Of a DNA stretch of 56,691 bases, positions 42,901 to 55,823 are shown one piece after another (the stretch's first letter is position 1; each line of letters opens with the position of its first letter). The notes under the pieces were generated by a model. That model saw only the letters and a list, made by a program, of their open reading frames with translations. It was not told the DNA's origin and ran no database searches. The DNA lies in assembly GCA_001179505.1 (NCBI GenBank), contig CDMY01000533.1:1-56691 (forward strand), written 5' to 3'. Source of the DNA: Vitrella brassicaformis CCMP3155 (taxonomy: Eukaryota; Protista; Chromerida). A program made the translations under genes and the position numbers.

Positions 42901-45900
42901 CAGGGGATGGTGCGTGGAGGTGTGGTGGCGGCTAACGTGCCCTTTCTGCGGCCGTCGACCACATTCAGGGTGCAGCTGCACCCGCCAGACCGATGTCTGC
43001 AAGACGTGGTCAGCCACTCATTCGTCGAGTGGAGCGCGCAGGACGACTGGACATTCACCACTGGCCCCGCTGCTGCAGTCCAACCTCCCAAACTTCTCAA
43101 AAGTGAGTCTTCGCCCCCCAGACAGATCTCACCTTGATGTGTGGCTGTGGTGCATGCAGCCTTCACCGTGCCAGCTGCCGTCCTGTCCAGCAACGCGGTG
43201 CCCGCAGAGCTTTCTGACGCATCAGCCCCCGCCCATCCCGCCATCCTCGTTGCCGTTTTCGACACTCCCATCAGAGTGGCCGAGCGGGCCTTCGGCACCA
43301 TCCGGCTGCCCGACGGGTCTGCACGGGCATTCCACAGCCCGCAATGCGACTCGTTCTGCCAAGTACTCACTGTCCTCTCCCCTGCGGTGCTGTCCCCCAT
43401 TGTTACGTATTTGGTGACACTGGAAGGGCGGTCCCTGCTCACAGACGATGGGAGGCCAGTACAGCAGGGCTATGAGTGGAGTGTGCAGGGCCCTGAGACG
43501 GAAAATGGGGAGGGTGGCGGTGCAGCGACGGCTGAGGTGTTTCCAGTGGCCGGCAGCTCGGATGTGTCCCTCACACCCGTTCTAAGTAGGTGGGCTACTC
43601 TCGTGAGGGGGGAAATCAGCGAACAACTTCATCCATAATTGTCGTGCTGGTGCGGCAGGAGCGTACATGGGCACATCGACGAGTTGGTACCTGACGAGCT
43701 CCCCAGACGTGTCGGTGAGTGTGTCGTCTTCTTCAGCGGCCTTTGCCCCCTATACCATCCCCCTAAACTCTCACCACGTACGCAGCACGCAGAACGCATC
43801 CACTGTGCCTTCGTATGGGGACCAATGAGACACAATGGACGGCTGGACGGATGATCTCTCTGTCCATGTCTATCCGTCTGTCTGTCTGTCTCTTTAGGTG
43901 GGGTCCGTGGGCCCTTTCCTGCATGTGTCGCTGCCATCAGTGCTCCCCCCCTCCCAGACCATCATCGTCACCCTCCCTGCACAGGCCATCAGGACCATTG
44001 CCGACGGCACCCCGCTGCTGCAGTCTGACATCGTGTGGCGCTTCAGCACTGAGGCAGCCGATGGGGGCGGCACAGCATGGGATGGTGTCATCGACAGGGT
44101 GCCCCTACATCGCGCCAGAGACGTGGCGACCGACACACACATGGTTGGATCATTCGGATGCGCAAGTGTATGTGACCATCCGGTATTGTCCAAGGGTCTG
44201 TCTCTGTCGACTTGACTGATTGCAGCGGTTGGTGTTTGACCGGGCGGTCTATCTGGAGGTGGCCCACAATTCCCCCCACATGTTGGCACTGACCCCCATC
44301 GAGAGGGATTCCCTGGTCCCCCAGAAGCAGAGAGGTTCCGTCGATGCTGCCGCCCTACCCACCATCCAAATCCCTCTCAACGACACACAGCAGGCAGGCA
44401 GCCAGCATGCCTTACCACCCCATCCCACATACCGATCTGCCCTTTTCTCAGGTCATGATATCCGGCTCAGTGTTGGTGGTGACACCTCGGCTGCCGCTAT
44501 TCCACGCCACCACTTATAGCGCCACCATCAGCAGCACCGCACTGCTGGACAGCCGAGGGGCGGCGTGGGAGGGTATCGACGGCACCGCCCGTCAGTGGCG
44601 CTTCACGACAAGGAATGTCATCCGTCGGCTCAGTGATGTCACGCCTCCCACACTGCGTGTGACCTCCATACGCCCGGCTGTGAGCAAAACACACACACAC
44701 AGAGACTGTGCCTTAACCTACGTCTCTCTGTCATGTGTATGTGTGTAATGTCAGCCCGGCAGCCGCCATCTGCCGCTGTCGACATCGCAATTTGTGATGC
44801 GGTTCACCGAGCCGGTGCTGCCGGGGAGTGCGGCAAAGTCGGCAGCCGTCAGCTTCAGACCAGCAGACACATCAAAGGACACCATCCACGTCTACACCGA
44901 CGACCCAATGCACGTAAGGACCTATGTGCCGACCGTTGTTGCGATGGATGATGTGTGGACGGTGGCTTGTCACGGTGGGTGGTTTGTCTGATTGCTGTCA
45001 GGTGCGGATTGACGGCAGCAGTGTGCAGGTGTTGCTTCCCCAAAGGCTGGAGCCCTCCACTGTCTACACGGCCTACTTCAGCAAGACAGCCTTCACCGAC
45101 CTCGCCGGCAACCAGGCGCAATACGGTCAGCCACTCTCTCTCTCTGTGTGCGTGTGTGACCGCATCCCTGCCCTCACGCCCATATCGATGTCTGCAGACT
45201 CCCGTTGTGTGGTGGAGGTGACCGACACCGACATAACGGCCGTCGCCCTCAAGACCCTCCCCAACTCCAGCCCCACCCACTGCCGCGCACAGTGCTACCT
45301 CACACCCGCATGTGGTGGCTTCATTCTCATCCAGGGGGACCCACTGAACAAATGTTCCCTCAAGGCCGGCCCCGTCATCGACACACACATCAAACCGGGG
45401 ACAGCCACGTACTACGGGGGCTACATGAGGCAGTGCTGGGAGGTACATGGCTTCCCGGAGCCCACTACGGCCGCTCCTGGGGATGAGGAGCGCAGGCGGC
45501 TGCAGGCCATCGATGAGACAGGTATGGTATATTGGTGTGTGGGGGTGTGGGGGATGAGAAGGCGATCGAGACGGTGATGTGTTGGTTGTGTGCTCGTCAG
45601 TGCCCCACCATGGGTCGTTCTGGCGCTTTGAAACCAAGCCGCTCGCCGATTCCCCATCCACCGAACCCATTGGCAGCCGCACGGGGCCCTTTGCTGCGTC
45701 TGTGACATTCGGCCGTTTTGCTCTGTATGATAGGGACTTTTCTGCTGCTGAATTGCCGCCTCCCGGTAAAGTCGCCTGCCAGCCGCTTGTCTTTCTGTGT
45801 GTGGGAATGTATGGCGCTGCTGCCTCTGCATTCTGCATTCTGCATTCATGCAGCGTCGGTCGCTTCATACCGGAACGGAAGCTTCGCCGTGACGCTGGAC

Positions 45901-47312
45901 CTCTGCATTGACGAAACTTGCGGCGAGACGCAGCAGCTGACCCAGCCCTTCGTGTACCCAACCGACTCCCCAGAGTTCTACGTCAAAGCAACGACTGACG
46001 TACGTGTGTAGGGGTCGACGAGACGGCCTCCTGTCGGTGTGGAAGCTCTCTGTCTCTGTTGTGTTGCAGGTGCCGGGTGTGTACCCAGTGTTTCGTGCGT
46101 GTTATGCGCTGCCGATTCCCCCCTCCTCACCGCTAGAAGAGCTCCTCGAGCGGCGCATCACGCTGCTGCAACTGGCGTGCGGCATCCCCGCCGACCCTCA
46201 GTCGAGTCCCTTCGGCTTCGTCCAGGAGTCCTTCATCGGCCAAGCGTACGCCAGCTTCTTCACCATCGACATCAGTGAGGTGTCGCCCTCATCGCAGCAG
46301 CTGCTCTATCTAGCGTGCGATGTCGACCTCTGTCTCGATCCAAGGTGCCTGGACGACCCTGTCGATACCTGCCCCACTGGACAAAGGTACGTACGATGGG
46401 CAATGCACCCATTGGAAGTTTGATATATCGATGGACGTGTGTTGGTTGTGTAGGCGTCTGCAGGCGTCCGGCGGCGCGAGCGCCTCGGTGCTCACTTCCA
46501 AGGGTCTGCAGATGGGGCCCATTCTGCAGCAGGGCCAGCAGGCCCGGAAGGTCTACCCCGACGGGACCATCTATGACAATATCAACGACCAGGTCATCGT
46601 CAAGGGCAGCTCATGGCGAGACGACACCGACGAGACACGGGCGAACCATCTCCTTCTCTATGTTGGCGTGAGCCTGGGGGCTGCTGCGGTCTTGCTCTTG
46701 ATTGCCAGCATTGTTTACTTCAAGCGGCGTCGGAAAAGGGGGGCAGCACCGCTATTCGCGGCGAGCAAAGATGTGTCTTCTCGTGACGGCCAATTTGACA
46801 TCGATATACCCTCGTCGGCCACCAAGCCGGCCGACCTATCGCCCTCGCGGCCCGCAGCGAGGATAGTGGGACAGTCTACACGTTTCTCTGACCATGGCTT
46901 AGATAACGAGGCAGAGGACAGCAGCCCCGCGTCTGGATCTTCGCATGTCCCTGATGACGCCCCAGTTGAGGAGAGGAGGGGCTCTCATCTGTCAGCACTG
47001 AGCCACCTGCGGATTCTTGTGGGTGCGTCTCAGCGACACATGTCTCTCGGTGACAATCGCGACGATGGCGATGACGATGACGAGTCAACGCCCCTCGGGT
47101 CAAGTGACGGTAGAGAGGCGCTGCCTGCTGGTCTGAAGCGCAGGTCGTTGTCGAAGCATGGCGACGAAGAGAGTAGCCCTTACGCGTCTTCAGAGAAAGA
47201 AGATGTACATGTGGGCGAGGAGACGAGACATCAAGGCGTTGACCAGGGGTTTCGGTCGAGCATCGTGAGTGCGACAGGTGTGCCGGCTGTCAATCTGGAT
47301 GACTTCAGCTAG
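31697..47312 (+). CDS. Giant multi-exon type-I transmembrane adhesin-like protein: SP - PAN - vWA - 3xTSR - bacterial-type module - LamG-like - ~14 Big_5-like Ig - PAN - ZP-C-like - TM - acidic tail
   Basis: Signal MGPRHNLLACLLLVGLFGCPPTSAWG; vWA DLVILLDRSLS...GTDLIGAL...IITDG; TSR WTEW.C...CG.G..RTR x3; Ig repeats xPxxGxTDV...LxFD...YxVxIPxxxxxDxAGN...FTT; TM LLLYVGVSLGAAAVLLLIASIVYF followed by KRRRKR; stop TAG 47310-47312. No second signal peptide or obvious gene break was seen, but not every junction was checked. Confidence 0.8.
32210..32810 (+). other. vWA (integrin I/A-type) domain with intact MIDAS within the giant adhesin
   Basis: DxSxS = DRSLS; T in YGTDLIGAL; D in VIITDG. Confidence 0.9.
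33945..33995. repeat. Intronic (CA)n(TA)n microsatellite
   Basis: Directly visible. Confidence 0.9.
38860..45125 (+). other. Tandem array of ~14 bacterial SbsA/Big_5-like Ig domains
   Basis: Repeated pattern, e.g. SFPSNGVTDVDPRGPIVIPFDGPV...TTYETLLPAYSLFDHAGN...RFST; DGTPPTLVQLSPVAGSADV...LAFDEPV...GLIMDYAGN..WEFST; LQPSTAYTLTIPQTAITDLSRN...YAFTT. Confidence 0.8.
45854..46386 (+). other. Zona pellucida C-terminal (ZP-C)-like domain
   Basis: Two exons: GSFAVTLDLCIDETC...PEFYVKATTD|VPGVYPVFRACYALP...LLQLACG...ASFFTI....LLYLACDVDLCLDPRC......C. The Cys and hydrophobic spacing follows the ZP-C pattern (judged by eye). Confidence 0.6.
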
Positions 47313-47781
47313 CTAGTGACGTACGTACGTACGTGTAGAGTAGTGTTTGGGACGGAGTGTGTGACGCGTCATATGCGAACTGTGTCTGTCCATATATGGG
47401 ACAAACTGGCTGGTGGTTGAGGCCGTGTGACGCTTTGTAATGATTATGATCTGATTGCAACAGTCAGTTGACGTGTACACATGCGGTCTGCGGTACTGTG
47501 CACACACACACACACGACGAGTCCACGTGAAAAGCAGCATAAACAACCACCGGATATAAAACGCAGACAGCGATTCGTGAACCTGCTGGACGACACGAGT
47601 AGATGGATGGATGGAGAGTGGATGCAATGGCCAGCTTACCTTCACTTCTCCTTTGCAATTGCTGGGAATCGACGAGAGACGGCCACACAACTGATACGTA
47701 CACAGGATCCCCAGCCCCAGAACTATAAGCCATAACCACAATGTGTGGTCCTGCTGAGACGAGAGCTTGTAGTACAGGGAC

Positions 47782-49345
47782 TCAGCGTTCTCGGCGGCCC
47801 CATGGCCGTACCCGCTCCCACATCTCCTGCAGCCAGCCCCAGAGCCAGGACAGCCAGGCCTTCCAGCCGGTGTGTGCGGGGCAAGTGGCTGGAGGGTCGT
47901 CGGCGAGGCTGTCCACAGGGGGCTCGATGGGTGGCTGAGGGATGGGCTGCGGGGTCGGCGCCCAGTACCCGGGGTAATAGTGCGGGTTGACCCGCCTCAG
48001 CCTGACACGATGGGCGAGAGACATCAGTAGATTCAGATTGACAAGCTGATTCCTACGCGTCGTCGACAAGGAAAACATATAGTGCGTACCATGCGTGGTT
48101 GAGAATGTCGTCGTAGGTGATGGTGGCGGTGTTCCGTGTCAGCAGCTCGTAGAAGGCGTTGGCATGGCTGCTTCGGGTCGGGCCCTAGATGACATACAAG
48201 CACGGCAGAAAGGACACACAATATCATAGTCCGTCCATCTGTGTGTCTTGTTCCCTCGCCGCCAAGGTAACCTTCTTGGGGCTGGTTTTGACGCCATACA
48301 GCATCTCCCCTACCATATCCCTACAGAGACAACAGCATAAGACACAAGTATCTCAATTCCTCTGTATTGAATGTCTCGCTGGCTCACCCCAGCCGCTTAA
48401 TATCAAAGGTCAGCCGCTCGCGTGCCTCCCGGGAGCGCAGCTCCTCCTCCCCCTGGCAGCACAAGACACAACAGGTGTGGCCCGGCCAAACATCGAAGCT
48501 GAGCCTTCTTAGTCATCACCTGGAACACCCTCGATAACCCAAAATCAATGAGCTTCATCGTTGGCAGCTCTCCCTCGCCCTTGCCCTCAATCAGAAAGTT
48601 CCCCAGCTTAATATCGCTGAGCGAAGCAAGAGAAAGAACAGACGCGTGGAATGGTGGCTTGCATTACTTTGTCGCCATCTCACCCGCCGTGAGACACAAA
48701 CGCTCGATGGAAGAGGTCCCTCAAGGAGATGATCACCGGAGCGATCATCTCCTTCATGGCCTCCTCCTCCAGCATCTCTGACGGCCTCCCCTTTTCGAGG
48801 TTGCGCCTCGTGTAGGCCGCCGCGTCCTCCTCATAGAGGTCCGTCTTGAGGAAGACGGCCTCCCTCACCCCCTCCCTGACCTCTGCCACCTGAAGGGAGA
48901 AAGAGACAGAGACGCAGAGGATGCTGGAGAAAGCATTGTCCAGTGACTGGCTTACCAGGTTGGCTTTGGCGATGCTCTTGCTCTCCAAAAACATGACCCT
49001 CTGCATGGCCGCCGTCTCCCTCGGCGCCAACCCCCCGGCGGCATCTCCTTCAGGACCTTCTCGGCTCCTGTGCCGGCGCTGAGCCGCTCTTGGGCCTGGT
49101 ATACCCTTGCCCCGCTGTAGGTACCCAGGCCGAAGGGCAACATTTGATGGCCGTCGAGGCGGCGGGTGGGAGGCAGGTAGCCGCCGTGGCCAACATATTT
49201 GGTATCCCCGTCCAGGAAATGCAGAGGGTAGGGGTTCCCATCAGGGAGACCCCCCCTTGCGAAGACGCGGGGGATGTCCGCCAAGCCCGGACGGAAGCGG
49301 GGGCTGCGCGGAGGGAGGGGCGCGACGTGCCTACACGAGTGCATT
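47782..49345 (-). CDS. Divergent protein kinase-like gene with an apparent frameshift at a G6 run (49031-49036)
   Basis: FGLGTYSGARVYQA...KVLKEM (subdomains I-II), VMFLESK (alphaC Glu), VSHGG|DIKLGNFL, LIDFGLSRVF, DIKRLGEMLYGV and TITYDDILNHAW; Pro/Trp-rich tail ending at 47782. The 5' boundary is uncertain. Confidence 0.65.
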
Positions 49346-50596
49346 GCTGCTTTTGCTGCTGCTGTTGCTGCTGCTGCTGTTGCTGTTGTTGTTGCTGTTG
49401 CTGTTGCTGCTGTGCTCTGTGAGACTGCACCACAGACACACAAGAATGGGCCCGCAGTGAGAGAACCCATCCTCTCTCTGTGGGTGTATGTCTCACCCCC
49501 AGAGCTGCCCTTTCTCTTGCGTGTGGTGTCCACGGGCGCGGCTCCGTCGACAGAGCGGTTGAGTGGCGAGGCATCGACGGTCGTGTCGGTCCTCTGCCGC
49601 CCCATATTATCGTGGGGCCCAATGTAATACAAAAAGGGTCGCCTCAACACGTACCCTTCTGCAGTATGATGTGGCGCATTTTTGCATAGTTCGTAGGGTC
49701 CTGCTCCCCGTCGATGCCATACACCATGCCAACCTGCAGACAAAGGGTGGACAGGATAGGTGTTGGATAGGTGTATCCATTTGGCGTTTTGCCGTACGTG
49801 CTGGGCGTCGTTGTACAGGTCCTTTGTCACACCTTTGTCGCGCATCAACACGTAAGCACGGGGATGGCTGCCGGGGCTGCAGCCATCCGTAGCACAAGAA
49901 CACGTGCTGCAATCGACGGATACATATTGTAGTTCCATACCTGCCGCGATGGCCAGGCCGTTCGGTTCGGCGCGCAGGCTCGTCAGGCAGTGCGTCGCCA
50001 TGAAGTCCACGCTGGACAGCTCAACCTGCGCGACCAAATCAATGCACAGAGTGTTAAGTTGGCCGTGATGTGTTTTGTCTTACCACAGTGTTGATCTGCT
50101 TCCAAATATCGAATCTCGCCACAACAAATCGCCATGCGATCTGCACAGACTGAAGCAAGGAACGGCCGTGAGGAGCACGGTGCATGCGCAGTGGTCTGTG
50201 CTCACATTGGGCAGCGCCGCACGGTCGCCTGTGAATATGACGATCTTGCCCTCCAGGTATAGCAGCATGCAGCGACCATTCCACTTGAAGCATGTCAACA
50301 AGGATATACACGAAGGAAGGAGAGTCGGCCATCACTGCTGATTGATTGGGATCGGTACTTGGTTTGGAGCTTGCTGAACTAAAACGACACACACAGATAG
50401 CAACAGGCGGTGTCAATCACCTTTCGCGTGATGGCGAGCAGTTTTCCCTTACCTTGGTGGCCAACTCGTCCTTTTCTGTGATGAGGCCCCGGTTGGCCCG
50501 CTCCGCCTGCTCACAACGACGCTGCAACGAAGAACAAGAATCGGTTTTAGTCCGTCCCGCACCGAAAATCTCGCCGTCTCGAAATCTCGCCCGCAT
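49331..50596 (-). CDS. Hypothetical spliced coding region (coiled-coil then beta-rich exons); either the N-terminus of the kinase or a separate gene
   Basis: Exon-like segments RRCEQAERANRGLITEKDELATK, WNGRCMLLYLEGKIVIF, IAWRFVVARFDIWKQINTV|VELSSVDFMATHCL and VGMVYGIDGEQDPTNYAKMRHIILQK, bounded by GT/AG. Confidence 0.45.
49345..49415 (-). repeat. CAG/CAA trinucleotide repeat
   Basis: About 22 triplets; reads as polyQ, poly-A/T or poly-S/N depending on frame. Confidence 0.9.
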
Positions 50597-50726
50597 CGCA
50601 AGCTGCGTGTTGCGTGTCCTGTTGCATGTTATGGTGGTGTTTTCATGCTGGACACAGGGACTTGGCAGTTAGGCCGCTTAGGGTGCTCCTAAAACCGCTG
50701 CTGCTCGCAAGACAGGCGTTTCCAAA

Positions 50727-52572
<1,846 letters not shown>

Positions 52573-53812
52573 ACAGACAGACAGACAGACAGACAACAGA
52601 CAGACAGATGGGCGAGGCCAAGTCTCGACCCGGCAGTGGTGGTATCTTTCTAGTAGCTGCATGCGCTCACTCTCTCACTCACTGAGTGTGTGCACACGCA
52701 CACACGCATGTCTGTCTATATTGGTTGGTGTACCATAGTGTACATGTGCCTGCGTGAGGACCGGCCGTATTCATCATCATACAAATTCGTGGTGCTTGTG
52801 GGACCCGCTGATGAGAGTGATCGTTGGCCACGACACACATTTCCCGCACACAACGGACCCGTGGCACAGTCAAAGAAGACATCCTCGACTATATCATTGA
52901 TCGCCTCACAAGGCCCGATCAGAAAGAGGTTCCGGGATATCGCGGCTTGCGTGTCAGAAAGAAGAAAGCCACTTAATCAGGCACACATGTATGTATGTAT
53001 GTATGTAGCAGCGGGGAGAGGGATGTTCGGACGAATGAAGGGCACATGCCACACGGGTGTTCAGGGTGTGTAGATGGTGGATGGTACTTACTGGGAGAGA
53101 GAGAGTGGGCAGAGTGAGCCGAGGGACTGACTGAGTGGGGGAGCACAGCACGGGTGGCTGGCTGGCATCGCGCATGCCAGGGGGGCTGTGACACTGGCAC
53201 GTTGTTTTAATGATGCGGGGGCGATGCCCCCGATGTTGACCAGATGGTGCCTTAGCATGGATGTGCACCATGGATGTGTCGTGGCTCGATCGCACATGCT
53301 GAATTGGCAGTGGCATGTGCGATGGATGGGTGAGACATACATGGGGACCAGCCCGTCCGCCTTTGTTTAGTGGATGGCGTGTGTCTTTCTGCTTGTCTCG
53401 TGTCCAGGAAGGAAGTGTAGTTTGTGGTAAGGGCTGGCTGGCCATCTCGTGTGTATGTCGATTCATGTGTACAGGCAGACCATTGCGGACCCCTCTCTGT
53501 CTGCCCGTCGTGATGAATGCAACGCATGTATGCTTGTCTGCACGCGCCTGCGTGGGAGACATCGGATTTGAGCAAGTGTTTGTCGGTCAGGTAATATTAC
53601 ACCAGCGTGTCTGTCTGCGCCCCTCAAATGTACTCAGTCGGTCCTTCATGAATCAATCGACCACTCACCCCAGTGCGATACACATGTTGAAGTTGCTGTG
53701 TGCCGAACACATACCGTCCGTCGGCCGAGTTTGGCGGCATGATCGCCCTTGCCGCTCTAACCCAGAAAACCCGAATCCAAGAAACCTTTTTATGTTCCGC
53801 AGCCTCGTCCGC

Positions 53813-54279
53813 ATGGTGGATCAGGAGGTTGTGAGAAAGAAGCTGGTAGATACGCTCAAGCCAGCTCTTCTGGAGGTCAATGACGTCAGGTTGGATCACA
53901 TCACCTGCACAAAGGGAACACAGACGAGCACAAGGTGGATGAGGTGTGTTGTCAGCGGTGGCTGTGGAGCAAGCTACGATGCGTTGATAGTCTCGGACGC
54001 CTGTACGCCTCACTCACATGACACATGCGGGGAGGGTCTGTGGATCTGAGCAGTTGATCTCTTGTGTGTGGTCTGTGCAGTTGAGGGCAAGCGGCTGCTC
54101 GACAGACAGAGGTTATTTGAGAACACACAAAATGTGGGTCATGGGTCGTGTCGAATCTTCTCGTTCCACAATGCTGCAGATTGGTCAACGATGCGCTCAA
54201 AGAGGAGCTCAAGGACATTCACGCCTTCACCATGAAGTGCGTCACGCCGGCAGAATGGGAGAAGCGGAAGCCTAGCTGA
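53813..54279 (+). CDS. bolA: BolA-family protein (BOLA2/Fra2-like, no targeting peptide)
   Basis: 4 exons: [25 protein letters not shown]|[16 protein letters not shown]|[10 protein letters not shown]|[33 protein letters not shown]. Confidence 0.93.
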
Positions 54280-54346
54280 ATGAATCATGGCTCTGTCATT
54301 TTGCAAGGGCTGCGGGCACGATTTTGTTGCCGAGATGTGCAGTGTT

Positions 54347-55640
54347 CTAGACAATGTATGTGTAGCGGTGATCGATAGGCAGTAAGTACCAATCGACTGA
54401 CTCTCGCATGATCTCGTGCATCTTGAAGTTCCTGTCTGTCCTTGGCGGTCTCCGACACGAAGGTCTTGCCACGCCGGTACGGCGCCAGCAGGTGCACAGC
54501 GGACGGCTGATGCTGCTCTGCTGGCGACGTGGATACGCCGTCAGGGCGTAGAGGCAGCATCTGCGGCGAAGGCCGAGGGACACAAGGACGGCACAGACGG
54601 GGGCCATGGCTCGCTTCGTTGCCGGCTAGAGCCGCCTTTTCTCTCTTGGCCTGCGAAGTCATATGCGGGGTTGCTGGTTATCAGCCTCGAGCTCAAACCA
54701 GACGTGCTCCGGCCGCCTCGTCTCCTCGCCCTCATACAATGTCCATCACCTACATTCATGCATACAACAGGGGCACTGCGACGCCGCCAGGAGCTGAACG
54801 TGCCATGATTTATGTACCTCGTTCGACACAGCTGCTGTGAGTGGTTTGCCCTTTCGCCCGCCCAGCTGACTGTCCAGCAGCGGACACTTGACGAATCCAA
54901 CCGATCTCCCCAGCTGCAACAAAACGTGACAGACACGACACACCACACATGAGCACTTGGTGGTTCAATATTTGGTGTCTGTCCGTGGACCTCTGTCTTT
55001 GCACTTGCTGGAAATTGAACGCGCCTGTCGCGTTGCACGCCTAGGGTCCCTCCCCTCGTGCTTACTCTGTCAGTGTATGAGTCCCCACACACAACGAGAC
55101 TGCATACCTGCACACACGACACAACACAACACAACACACAAATGGCCGCAGTTGGGCACATCCATCCGTCCGTCCATCCATCAATCCATTTGTGCCTTTT
55201 CTGTGCGCACCGTGTGACGTCGCTGGGGTTGTCCTGTGTCATGGCAGCACTCCTGGCGGCACTGATGGGCATGCACGGGAAATTCCGGTCTTCGTTTCGG
55301 GCAGCACCGTTGTTGTAGGACGTGCCGACGTTCTCCAGACACTGCCGACATCCGGCGCGACACGCACAGACGATGTTGCCTCCACGTGGGTACCAAGAGG
55401 ATGGATGCGCCAACACAACGCACCTCGTAGCAGAAGAAGTGATTGCAGATGAGGCGGGTGAGGTCGTCTTGGTGGCCGGTGGGTCCAGGCCGGTGGGACG
55501 GTGTAGACCGGGATGGTGACGAGATCCGGCGCTACAGAGATCCGGCGCTCAGCGGAGCAGACTGCAAGTCGGCCACTGCAGGTGTTTTCTTGTCAGTCAA
55601 GCGGCGCTTGTCTGCTGCCCGTCTGATGACGTGGTTACCT
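54347..55640 (-). CDS. Poorly resolved spliced hypothetical gene or pseudogene with a Cys/His motif
   Basis: Spliced segment LICNHFFCYE|CLENV resembles a RING/zinc-finger CxHxFCxxC core. The other exons do not join cleanly and there is an in-frame TAG near 55535. Confidence 0.35.
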
Positions 55641-55823
55641 GCAACACTACACATCCATCGGTAATGGGCTGGCTTGGCGTCTGCCTCTCTGACTCACTCA
55701 CCCACTGACACTCGACACTCGGACAAATGCTGAGTTCCTGCAACACACATCCAGACACACTGGAGAGGACAGCGATGAGTCATTTACGCACTCCCACAAA
55801 CTACCCTTCGGGTTTCAGGCTCC

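Noticed and set aside
32207-47103. Numerous long antisense and alternate-frame ORFs over the giant adhesin
   Set aside because: Shadow ORFs from high GC3; the sense frame carries all domain motifs.
49090-49460. Plus-strand poly-Cys / poly-Leu ORFs
   Set aside because: Antisense readings of the CAG/CAA repeat.
52679-53760. Several 60-240 aa ORFs between ETFA and BolA
   Set aside because: Microsatellite-rich, low-complexity translations without codon bias or motifs; likely UTR or intergenic.
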